A stretch of 64,000 nt of DNA from contig OZ241907.1 in the NCBI GenBank assembly GCA_965203515.1, forward strand, positions 3,776,001 to 3,840,000. Reading direction: 5' to 3'. The notes below the pieces were generated by a model, which saw only the letters and a list, made by a program, of their open reading frames with translations, had not been told where the DNA came from and ran no database searches. Origin of the DNA: Spirochaetia bacterium (GTDB lineage Bacteria; Spirochaetota; Spirochaetia; SZUA-6; Bin103). A program made the position numbers and the translations under genes. Below, one piece after another: positions 12,891 through 20,888 of this stretch; position 1 is the first letter of the stretch, and each line of letters starts with the position of its first letter.

Positions 12891-14540
12891 GTGCCTGAGC
12901 CGGATTTCCTCAAGGACCTGGTCATCGTGCTGGGGGCGGCGGTGATCGTGGTGGCGCTGCTGCGCCGCGTCGGCGTTCCGTCGATCGCCGGGTTCATCCT
13001 GACCGGCGTGCTGGCCGGGCCCACGGCGCTCGGCCTGGTCGACGATACCCATCAGGTCGAACTGCTGGCCGAAGTCGGCGTCGTGCTCCTGCTCTTCGGC
13101 ATCGGCCTGGAGCTGGCGGTCGACCGCCTGCGCCGCCTGTGGAAGGCGGTACTCCTTGGCGGCGGCATGCAGGTCGCGGTCACGCTGGCGTGCGCGGCCG
13201 CGCTGGCCCGGGCGTTCGGGCTGGCGCCCGGCGCCGCGATCTTCCTGGGATGCGTGGTGGCCGTCTCCAGCACCGCGGTGGTGCTGCGCGCGCTGTCCGC
13301 GCGCGGCGAGCTGGACGCTCCGCACGGCCGCCTTGCGGTCGGCATCCTGGTGTTCCAGGACCTGTGCGTGGTGCCGATGATCCTGGCGGTGCCGCTGCTG
13401 GGCGGCGGCGGCAGCTCCGCCCGGGAGATCCTGCTGGCGGTCGGCACAGCCGTCCTCATCATTGCCGGCGTGCTGGTGGCGGCCAGCTTCGTGGTGCCGC
13501 GCCTGCTGGCGTTCGTGGCCAAGACCAGGGAGCGCGAGCTGTTCATCCTGACCGTCTTTCTGGTCTGCTTCGGTACGACCTGGGCGCTGTCGCTGGCCGG
13601 CGTCTCGCTGGCGCTCGGCGCGTTCCTGGCGGGGTTGATCGTCGCGGGCAGCGAGTTCCGGCATCAGGCGATGGCGGACCTGATCCCGGCTCGCGACATC
13701 CTGGCCAGCCTCTTCTTCGTCTCCGTCGGCATGCTGCTCGACCTCTCCGACGTGCTCGGACAGCTCATGTCGACCGCCGGTCTGCTCGGCGCCATCCTCG
13801 CCGGCAAGTTCGCGGTCATTCTGGTGACCGCGCTCATCCTGCGGCTGCCGCTCCGGGTCGGCATCCTGTCGGCCGCCGCGCTCTGTCAGGTCGGGGAGTT
13901 CTCGTTCGTGCTGCTCAACGTGGCGTCGGGGACCGGGCTGCTCGGCGTCTCGCTCTCCCAGAACCTGATGGTGGCGATCATCCTGTCGATGCTGCTCACG
14001 CCGCTGGTCATCGCCTGCGGCCCCCACCTGGCCGGCGGCGCGGCGCGCGTCCCGTGGCTGAACCGGCTGCTGCGCGCCGAGCCGCCCGGCATCGACGCGC
14101 AGGAGCCGCACAGCGACCACGTGATCGTCGCCGGCTACGGACTCGCCGGCCGGGAGGTCTGCCGCGCCGTGCGGGCCGCCGGCTTCGCCTACGTCGCCAT
14201 CGACGCCAACCCGGACAACGTTCGAGCGGCGCGGGCGATCGGCGATCGGGCGGTGCTGGGCGACGTGACGCAGAAGGAGGTGCTGGACGAGCTCGGCTGC
14301 GAGGACTCGCGGCTGGTGGTGCTGACCATCAACGACACCCGCGCCACCGAGCTGGCGGTGCGCCGGATTCGCGCCGCGGCTCCCGACGTCGAGGTCATCG
14401 TCCGCGCCCCGTACGAGCTCGACCGGCGCCCGTTGCGAGCGGCCGGCGCAACCGAGGTCGTCACCGCGGAAGCGACGGCGAGCGCCTCCATCGTCGACCG
14501 CTCCCTGGCCGCGCTCGGATCGCCCGCCCCGCCCGACTGA
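12891..14540 (+). CDS. CPA2 cation:proton antiporter with TrkA-N (KTN) domain
   Basis: AEVGVVLLLFGIGLE, SSTAVV, LGAFLAG, FFVSVGM, QVGEFSFV; C-terminal HVIVAGYG. Confidence 0.92.
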   Translation: MPEPDFLKDLVIVLGAAVIVVALLRRVGVPSIAGFILTGVLAGPTALGLVDDTHQVELLAEVGVVLLLFGIGLELAVDRLRRLWKAVLLGGGMQVAVTLACAAALARAFGLAPGAAIFLGCVVAVSSTAVVLRALSARGELDAPHGRLAVGILVFQDLCVVPMILAVPLLGGGGSSAREILLAVGTAVLIIAGVLVAASFVVPRLLAFVAKTRERELFILTVFLVCFGTTWALSLAGVSLALGAFLAGLIVAGSEFRHQAMADLIPARDILASLFFVSVGMLLDLSDVLGQLMSTAGLLGAILAGKFAVILVTALILRLPLRVGILSAAALCQVGEFSFVLLNVASGTGLLGVSLSQNLMVAIILSMLLTPLVIACGPHLAGGAARVPWLNRLLRAEPPGIDAQEPHSDHVIVAGYGLAGREVCRAVRAAGFAYVAIDANPDNVRAARAIGDRAVLGDVTQKEVLDELGCEDSRLVVLTINDTRATELAVRRIRAAAPDVEVIVRAPYELDRRPLRAAGATEVVTAEATASASIVDRSLAALGSPAPPD

Positions 14541-14548
14541 TGCGCGCG

Positions 14549-14662
14549 CCGCAGGATCGCGGTCAGTCCGCAGGATCGCGGTCAGTCCGCAGGATCGCGG
14601 TCAGTCCGCAGGATCGCGGTCAGTCCGCAGGATCGCGGTCAGTCCGCAGGATCGCGGTCAGT
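14549..14662. repeat. Perfect tandem repeat, 6 x 19 bp (CCGCAGGATCGCGGTCAGT)
   Basis: Six identical adjacent units read directly, with no spacers. Confidence 0.97.
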
Positions 14663-14731
14663 CGGCTCGTGTCGAGACGGTCGCCGTGACGCTCCAGAGT
14701 TGGCCTTGGCCGGGAATCCACTGGCTGGTGC
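14658..14731 (-). pseudogene. Orphan 3' end of the membrane-protein family gene at 27.4-30.2 kb (..SQWIPGQGQLWSVTATVSTRAD*)
   Basis: 14694-14731 matches 27476-27513 at 37/38 nt. Confidence 0.8.
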
Positions 14732-14735
14732 CCGG

Positions 14736-14935
14736 TGGAGTTGTCCCGGTTTGGTGGACGGGTAACCTCTGAGGTGCGCACAACCCCATCGCCGAGGAAC
14801 AGTCCTCGCGATGGCGTTGGCCATCAAGCCGATCGTCATGCTGGCGCCTCGACTCGTCGGCCTCGAAGGCAACGGGTGACCAGTGGCCCAGAGTGGCGCC
14901 GGTCGACGGCCGCACCCCGGCCTGCCGCTGCCCGC
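14736..14935 (-). mobile_element. IS3-family right end plus internally deleted transposase tail
   Basis: Terminus TGGAGTTGTCCCGGTTTGGTGGACGG (5'-TG..CA-3' IS3 style). 14820-14900 is a diverged copy of 15731-15825, fused via GCCGG to a copy of 15973-16010. Confidence 0.7.
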
Positions 14936-15530
14936 TGGTACCTGTCCGCAGAGCCACACCCCCTGCAGCCTGCTGCCCGACTGCGTGGCGGCGCGGCTGC
15001 CGGGGACGCTCCCGGAGCTGGAAACGGCCGCCGACCAAGTGGGCCGCGCCCGCCTCGAACTGCCCGGCGCCACGCGCGGGCTGCGCCGCCGCGTGCGCCT
15101 GGGCCAGCAGGTGCTGCGGCCGGTGATCGGCTTGCTGCCGCAGCACCTCGCCGGCTGCCGGGCCGAGCTGACCGCCTGCCGCCAGCGGCTCGACAGCAAA
15201 GCAGTGTGGTAGCGCTGCGCTCGCCGGCCGTACCGGGGCTGCCGATGCTGCCGGCGCCGTTCCTGGCGCCGGCGTTAGCTTGTGTCCCATCACCGGGTCA
15301 CCTGACCGGCCCCCAAGAAGCGACCGACCCATGCACGATGCCGATGCCGACCTGCGCCGCCAGATAGCGCTGTTCGGCTACCGCTTGATCGCCGCAATGG
15401 CCCAGCTGCTGCCCGGCACTCCCGGCATCGGCGAGCAGTCGTGCCAAGGCCGCGCAGCACCGTACCCGCGTGGCCGCCCGGGACCATGCGCGACTGGCTG
15501 CACCGCTAGCGTGCCGGCGGCTTCGATGCG
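14930..15530 (+). pseudogene. Degenerate remnant of a DUF6431-like gene plus the start of a DDE integrase/transposase
   Basis: CPQSHTPCSLLPDCVAARLPGTLPELE..., then MHDADADLRRQIALFGYRLIA...; multiple stops and frameshifts. Confidence 0.55.
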
Positions 15531-15752
15531 CTGCCGGTATCTCGGAGCGGATGGCGCGGTAGGCGGCGGCGCGGGAGCGTTCGGCCGGCCGGCCGAGTTC
15601 CCAGGCGATCGACCGGCACCGGTCCATGAGCGCCATCATCTCGGCGGCCTGCAGCCCTGACCGCAGCAACCGGGAGACTGCCGCCCGAGACCGGCGCCCA
15701 ACACCGCGCCGGCCGCCATGGCGTTGGCCCGTCAAGCCGATCATGCCGACCG

Positions 15753-16192
15753 TCATGCTGCCGCCTCGGCTTCGTCGGCCTCGAAGGCAACCGGTGACCG
15801 GTAGCCCAGTGCCGAGTGGCGCCGGCGCCGGTTGTAGAACCCCTCGATGAACTCGAATACCGCCAAGCGCGCTTCGGCCCGACCGCCGAACCGGTGACGG
15901 TCCAGTAACTCGCACTCCAGCGTCGCAAAGAAGCTCTCGCACAGCGCGTTGTCATACGCATCGCCCACCGAGCCGGTCGACGGTCTCACTCCGGCCTCCG
16001 GCCTGCCGGCACCGCTGCCCGAAGGCGATCGACGTGTACTGCGCGCCCTGGTCGCTGTGGTGCACCACGCCCTGCGGCCGACGCCGCCAGATCGCCATGT
16101 TCAGCGCATCCAGGACCAGTTCGGTCCGCAGGTGCGCGGCCATCGACCAGCCGATCACGCGCCGACTCCACGCATCGAGCACCACCGCCCTG
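15753..16192 (-). mobile_element. IS3-family transposase OrfB fragment (rve integrase core), frameshifted and 5'-truncated
   Basis: AVVLDAWSRRVIGWSM, HHSDQGAQYTS, frameshift, GSVGDAYDNALCESFFATLECELL, FYNRRRRHSALGYRSP. Confidence 0.9.
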
Positions 16193-16226
16193 AGCCGGCG
16201 CAGCAAAATTATCGTTTGATAGCCGT

Positions 16227-16263
16227 TGGACAGGAGCTGTAGCAGCCGCTACATTGGATAGGA
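16227..16263 (+). promoter_or_regulatory. Putative sigma70 promoter with overlapping palindromic operator; probably a leaderless transcript
   Basis: TGGACA (16227-32), 17 bp, TACATT (16250-55); ATG at 16263; inverted repeat TGTAGC-N4-GCTACA at 16238-16253. Confidence 0.6.
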
Positions 16264-19200
16264 TGACGGACGCCCAGCGCGTGCGGCGTACGCGCCGGCG
16301 CATGGAACTGACGCAGGCCGGCTTCGCCGCACGGGTCGGCGTTTCTCTGCTGACGGTGCACCGTTGGGAAACGGGCCAGTCGCAGCCGCAGCGGTTGGCG
16401 CTGCAGCGGCTGCGGGATCTGGAGGAGGCGCTGGCCGAGCAGGACGCGCGCCGCGGGCCGCCGGGCGCGGCTCCGGCGGCGGCGCCGGCCCTCGACTTCG
16501 CGGGCAACCCCGCCGCCGTGTCGGCGGTCGCCGAGGCGTTGCGCCTCGCCCACGGCCACCAGTTCAACCCGGCCTTCGCCAGCGAAACCGCGCGCATCGA
16601 CCCGCTGCCGCATCAGCGCATCGCCGTGTACGACCGGATGTTGCCGCAGGAGCCGTTGCGCTTCCTGCTCGCCGACGACGCCGGCGCCGGCAAGACCATC
16701 ATGACCGGCCTGTACGTGCGCGAAATGCTCTCGCGCGCCCGCCTCCGGCGGGTCCTGATCGTGCCGCCGGCCGGGCTGGTGGGCAACTGGGAGCGCGAAT
16801 TGCGTACGCTGTTCCGCCTCCGCTTCCGCATCGTCACCGGCCAGGAGCTGCGGGCCGGCAACCCGTTCGTTGCGCCTGCCGGCGATCTCGTGATCGTGTC
16901 GGTGGACACCCTGCGCGGCGCAACCGCGTTTGCGGCGCTGCGGGAGTGCGCCGTGGGGTACGATCTCGTGGTGTTCGACGAAGCCCACAAGCTGAGCGTG
17001 ACCAACGACCGCGGCCGCATCCGCCGGACGCAACGCTATGCGCTGGCGGAGGCGCTGGCCGGCGGCGGCGCCCCGACCGGCGGCCGCTTCGCCGGCCTGC
17101 CATGGGCGGCGCATCATCTCCTGCTGCTCACCGCCACGCCGCACATGGGGCGGGACGAACCCTACCATCACCTGTGGCGTCTGCTCGATCCGCAGGCGTT
17201 CGCCACCGGCGCCGCGCTCAAGCGCTGTCCGCCGGCGGCGCGCGCCCGCCACTTCATCCGCCGCACCAAGGAGGAGATGGTCAGCCTGGACGGGCGCCCG
17301 CTCTATCGCACGCGCGCCTGCGATACCTTCAGTTATGACCTGACCGGCGGGCCGACCGGCGAACAGGCGCTGTACGACGCGACCACCGATTACCTGCGCC
17401 GGGTCTACGGCCGCAGCCTGGACAACCGCCCCGCGGTGCAGCTCGCGCTGAGCGTGTTTCAGCGGCGGCTGGCCAGTTCCACCTGGGCACTGCTGCGTTC
17501 GTTCGAGCGGCGCATCGTGAAGTTGGAGCAGACCGCGGCCGACCTGCAGTCCGGCAAGCTGCGCGCCGCCGACCTGCACCGCCGCCAGAGCGATCTCGAC
17601 CGGCGCTATCGAGACGACTTCTACGACACCCACGGGGCGGACGAGGACGCGCGCGACGATACCGCGGGTGAACGCAACGAGGACTACGAAGACGCGGTGC
17701 TCGGCGCGCTGGCGGCGGTCACGGACGCCGAGCTGCAACGGGAAATCGAGCTCCTCAAGGACTTGCGCGACCGGGCGCGCGCACTGTGCGCGGCGGGTGA
17801 AGAATCGAAGTTCGAGAAGCTGCGCGAGGTGCTCGATGACGCGCGCTACGCCGGCGAGAAGTGGCTGCTCTTCACCGAACATCGCGACACGCTGGAATAT
17901 CTGGTGCGCCGCCTGGAGGGGCTGGGCTTCTCCGATCAAGTGGCGTGGATTCACGGCGGCCTGGGGTGGCAGGAACGGGAGGCGCAAGTCGAACACTTCC
18001 GCCGCGCGGACGGCGCCCGCTACTTGGTCGCCACCGACGCTGCCGGCGAGGGCATCAACCTGCAGTTCTGCCGGCTGATGGCGAACTACGACATCCCCTG
18101 GAATCCGGCGCGCCTGGAACAGCGCATGGGGCGCATCCACCGCTACGGCCAGCGGCATGACGTGCGCATCGTCAACCTCGTGGCCGGCGCCACCCGCGAG
18201 GGCCGCGTGCTGCAGGTGTTGCTGGAGAAACTCGAAGCGATTCGCACCGAGTTGCGCTCCGACAAGGTGTTCGACGTGATCGGGCGGCTGTTCGAGAACG
18301 CCTCGCTGCGGGAGTACCTGGGCGCGGCGTTGACCGATGCCGGGGCGCAGCACGTCCGGGAACGGGTGGAGACCCTGACGACCGGCGCGCGGGTCCGCGC
18401 CGTCGATGCGGGCGAGCGGGCGGTCTACGGTCCGCCCGGTGACGTCGCCGGGCACCTGGACGCGCTGCGCAGCGAGCTCGCGCGCGAGGATTACCTGCAA
18501 CTCCTCCCCGGCTACGTGCGCCGCTTCATCGAGAAGAGCGCGCCGCTGCTCGACCTGGAGATCCGCGGCGACCCGGAGGGCTGCTTCTCACTGGCGCCGG
18601 GCCGACCCGGCGCGCTCGACGGCATGCTGCCGGCGCTCGAAGGCTACCCCGACGCGGCGCGCGCGCGCCTGCGCACGCGCCGCCCCGACGACGACGCGCC
18701 CTGCATCTGGCTGCATCCCGGCGAACCGGTATTCGACGCGCTGACGGCGCAGGTCACCGGCGCCTTCGCCGGCGACGCGCTACGCGGCGCGGTGTTCAGC
18801 GATCCGCGCGCACCAGCCTCCTACCTGCTCCACCTGGCGCAGATCTCGGTCGAGCGAGAACCCGATGAGCCGGCCGATCGAGACGCGGGCGGGCTGTTTG
18901 CGCCGGCCCCGAACGCGCGCGGCGAACGCCGCACGCTGGAACGCCGGCTGGTAGCGCTGCGCCAGGGCGAGGACGGGGTGCCGGTGGAGTGCGACGGCGA
19001 GCAGCTCCTGCTGCTGCGCGGCGCTCCCGCGGTCGCCCCGGGCGCCGTGCCGCTGGCCGGACGCGGGCTCGACCTGCGCGCCGCGGCCGCGCGCTACGCC
19101 GAGCACCAAGTATTGGCGCCGCTTGCCGAAGAACGCCGCGCCGCGTTGCGCGCCGAACTGCCCGACCGCCGGCGCCGCGCCGGCGCCGGCTTCGACCTGC

Positions 19201-19862
19201 GCGCCGCGGCGCTGGCCGCCCGCCGCGTCGAGCTCGCCGCGAACGGTGCCGGCGAAGCCGCGGCCACGGGCGAGGTGGCCGAAATCCGGCAGGAGCAGCG
19301 CGCGCTGAGCGCAGACCGCAACCGCGCCCTGGACCAGCTCGACGCCGGCCCCGAGCGGGTCGTTCCCGGCGCCGTGCGCTTCCTCGCGCATGCCCTGGTC
19401 GTGCCCGCGGTGGACTCCGCCGACCGCGAGCGCTACGACGCGACCATCGAAGAAATCGCGGTGCGCATCGCGGTCGCGTGGGAGCGCGAGCGCGGCGCCG
19501 AGGTGCAGGACGTCTCCAAGCCGGCGCTGGCGCGCGTGGCCGGACTGCCCGACTGGCCCGGCTTCGACCTGCTGGCCACGCAGCGCGGCGGCGCGGTGCG
19601 CAACATCGAGGTCAAGGGTCGGTCCGGCCGCGGCGCCATCGAGGTGGAGCCCAACGAGTGGAAGCAGGCGGCCCACCTGGAAGATCGCTATTGGCTCTAC
19701 GTAGTGTTCAACTGCGCCACCCCCACGCCGAAGCTCTTGCGGGTGCGCAACCCGTTCGCCAAACTGCTAGCCCGCAGCCGCAGCTCGGAGAGCTATACTA
19801 TCTCCGCCGCGTCCTTGCTGGAAGCCGCGGAGACCACCGAGGAAGGGCGCAATCTTCTATGA
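16263..19862 (+). CDS. Xre-HTH::SNF2 helicase::DUF3883 nuclease fusion
   Basis: N-terminal LTQAGFAARVGVSLLTVHRWETGQSQP; LLADDAGAGKT, FDEAHK, LTATPH, WNPARLEQRMGRIHRYGQ; C-terminal GFDL...IEVKGR...NEW...YWLYVV. Confidence 0.93.
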   Translation: MTDAQRVRRTRRRMELTQAGFAARVGVSLLTVHRWETGQSQPQRLALQRLRDLEEALAEQDARRGPPGAAPAAAPALDFAGNPAAVSAVAEALRLAHGHQFNPAFASETARIDPLPHQRIAVYDRMLPQEPLRFLLADDAGAGKTIMTGLYVREMLSRARLRRVLIVPPAGLVGNWERELRTLFRLRFRIVTGQELRAGNPFVAPAGDLVIVSVDTLRGATAFAALRECAVGYDLVVFDEAHKLSVTNDRGRIRRTQRYALAEALAGGGAPTGGRFAGLPWAAHHLLLLTATPHMGRDEPYHHLWRLLDPQAFATGAALKRCPPAARARHFIRRTKEEMVSLDGRPLYRTRACDTFSYDLTGGPTGEQALYDATTDYLRRVYGRSLDNRPAVQLALSVFQRRLASSTWALLRSFERRIVKLEQTAADLQSGKLRAADLHRRQSDLDRRYRDDFYDTHGADEDARDDTAGERNEDYEDAVLGALAAVTDAELQREIELLKDLRDRARALCAAGEESKFEKLREVLDDARYAGEKWLLFTEHRDTLEYLVRRLEGLGFSDQVAWIHGGLGWQEREAQVEHFRRADGARYLVATDAAGEGINLQFCRLMANYDIPWNPARLEQRMGRIHRYGQRHDVRIVNLVAGATREGRVLQVLLEKLEAIRTELRSDKVFDVIGRLFENASLREYLGAALTDAGAQHVRERVETLTTGARVRAVDAGERAVYGPPGDVAGHLDALRSELAREDYLQLLPGYVRRFIEKSAPLLDLEIRGDPEGCFSLAPGRPGALDGMLPALEGYPDAARARLRTRRPDDDAPCIWLHPGEPVFDALTAQVTGAFAGDALRGAVFSDPRAPASYLLHLAQISVEREPDEPADRDAGGLFAPAPNARGERRTLERRLVALRQGEDGVPVECDGEQLLLLRGAPAVAPGAVPLAGRGLDLRAAAARYAEHQVLAPLAEERRAALRAELPDRRRRAGAGFDLRAAALAARRVELAANGAGEAAATGEVAEIRQEQRALSADRNRALDQLDAGPERVVPGAVRFLAHALVVPAVDSADRERYDATIEEIAVRIAVAWERERGAEVQDVSKPALARVAGLPDWPGFDLLATQRGGAVRNIEVKGRSGRGAIEVEPNEWKQAAHLEDRYWLYVVFNCATPTPKLLRVRNPFAKLLARSRSSESYTISAASLLEAAETTEEGRNLL

Positions 19863-20365
19863 GAAGAAAGAACAAGATCAATTTAGGCAAGAAATTGCCA
19901 GATCCGTACCAGTTGATATTGTCGATTTTTCTGTTGGTGATGTCGATTGCAGGAGCGGTGTACTTCGTATATACCGCGACCACACGACGACTGACCCAGG
20001 TTGAAGGTGTGTATCTTCAGGCACTTCCCTGGATAACCGGGGTATTGGCTTCACTTGTCTTTGGGCGGATGTCAGCGCAGACAGCAGCACGAGAAATTAT
20101 AAGACCACATGCACGATCAGCTTTCCGTCGTTTAGTGTCTTTGTACAATAGTGTCTCCAGGGTTGCTAGTGTTGTTGCCGAAGCTCAAGAATCAGAAGGC
20201 GACGATCATCGGGTAGCACTTTCACAAATCGAAGCGTTCGTCGTTGAGCAACTTTCGACAGCGGATGATGCTATTGAAGACTGGCGCGACATTGTTCCGC
20301 ACGACGTAGATGAACTGCGGGGAAGCATCGATTTGGAAGATGCTCAAGGAGCGAGAAATGGATGA
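19859..20365 (+). CDS. Low-GC hypothetical membrane protein (2 predicted TM helices plus helical tail), 168 aa
   Basis: ATGA overlap with the helicase stop; hydrophobic LILSIFLLVMSIAGAVYFVY and LPWITGVLASLVFG; markedly AT-richer than flanks. The ORF track merges it into 18989..20365. Confidence 0.8.
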   Translation: MRRKNKINLGKKLPDPYQLILSIFLLVMSIAGAVYFVYTATTRRLTQVEGVYLQALPWITGVLASLVFGRMSAQTAAREIIRPHARSAFRRLVSLYNSVSRVASVVAEAQESEGDDHRVALSQIEAFVVEQLSTADDAIEDWRDIVPHDVDELRGSIDLEDAQGARNG

Positions 20366-20885
20366 CCTTATTCATGGAAAAGTTGCGAGAGTACTCAATT
20401 CACGACACCTCGTAATAAACGTTGGAGCTAAGGACGGAGTAGTTCGCGGTATGAAGTTTCACATATTCGATCCGGGTGATGATGACCATGGCTCCTATAC
20501 CATATCTGATCCTGACACACATGGTGTACTTGGATATGTACGTCTCGCCCCTAAGAGAACTGTGACTGTTATCGATGTACAAGATCATCTCTCGGTGGCG
20601 TCAACTCTGGAACGAAAAGCCAACGTTGGAGGAGTCAACACGATAGTCCGTGACATGGGCTCCCTTACTCGCGCCCTGATGCCACCTCAGTGGATCACAA
20701 AATATGAAACATTGAGGCGTATCGAGTCACGCTCGCCGGATCCACACTTTACCCACGTCCGTGCCGGTGAGCCTATGGATGACTCCGAGAGTCTGGTTAA
20801 GGTACGAGATCCGGTTATTCAAGTATCTACGATAGTTGAAACAGCTTCTGAAGATATCTCTGAGTCGGTCAAGATGAAACATTGA
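20358..20885 (+). CDS. Low-GC hypothetical protein with FlgT C-terminal-like beta motif, 175 aa
   Basis: GKVARVLNSRHLVINVGAKDGVVRGMKFHIF...ISDPDTHGVLG; AAGGAG upstream; overlaps the previous stop. Confidence 0.78.
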   Translation: MDDLIHGKVARVLNSRHLVINVGAKDGVVRGMKFHIFDPGDDDHGSYTISDPDTHGVLGYVRLAPKRTVTVIDVQDHLSVASTLERKANVGGVNTIVRDMGSLTRALMPPQWITKYETLRRIESRSPDPHFTHVRAGEPMDDSESLVKVRDPVIQVSTIVETASEDISESVKMKH

Positions 20886-20888
20886 AGC

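Noticed and set aside
14549..14662. CRISPR array (also considered for 51522-51641)
   Set aside because: Units are directly adjacent with no unique spacers, and no cas genes are present.
19859..20885. Integron gene cassettes
   Set aside because: The genes overlap their neighbours, leaving no room for attC sites, and there is no integron integrase.
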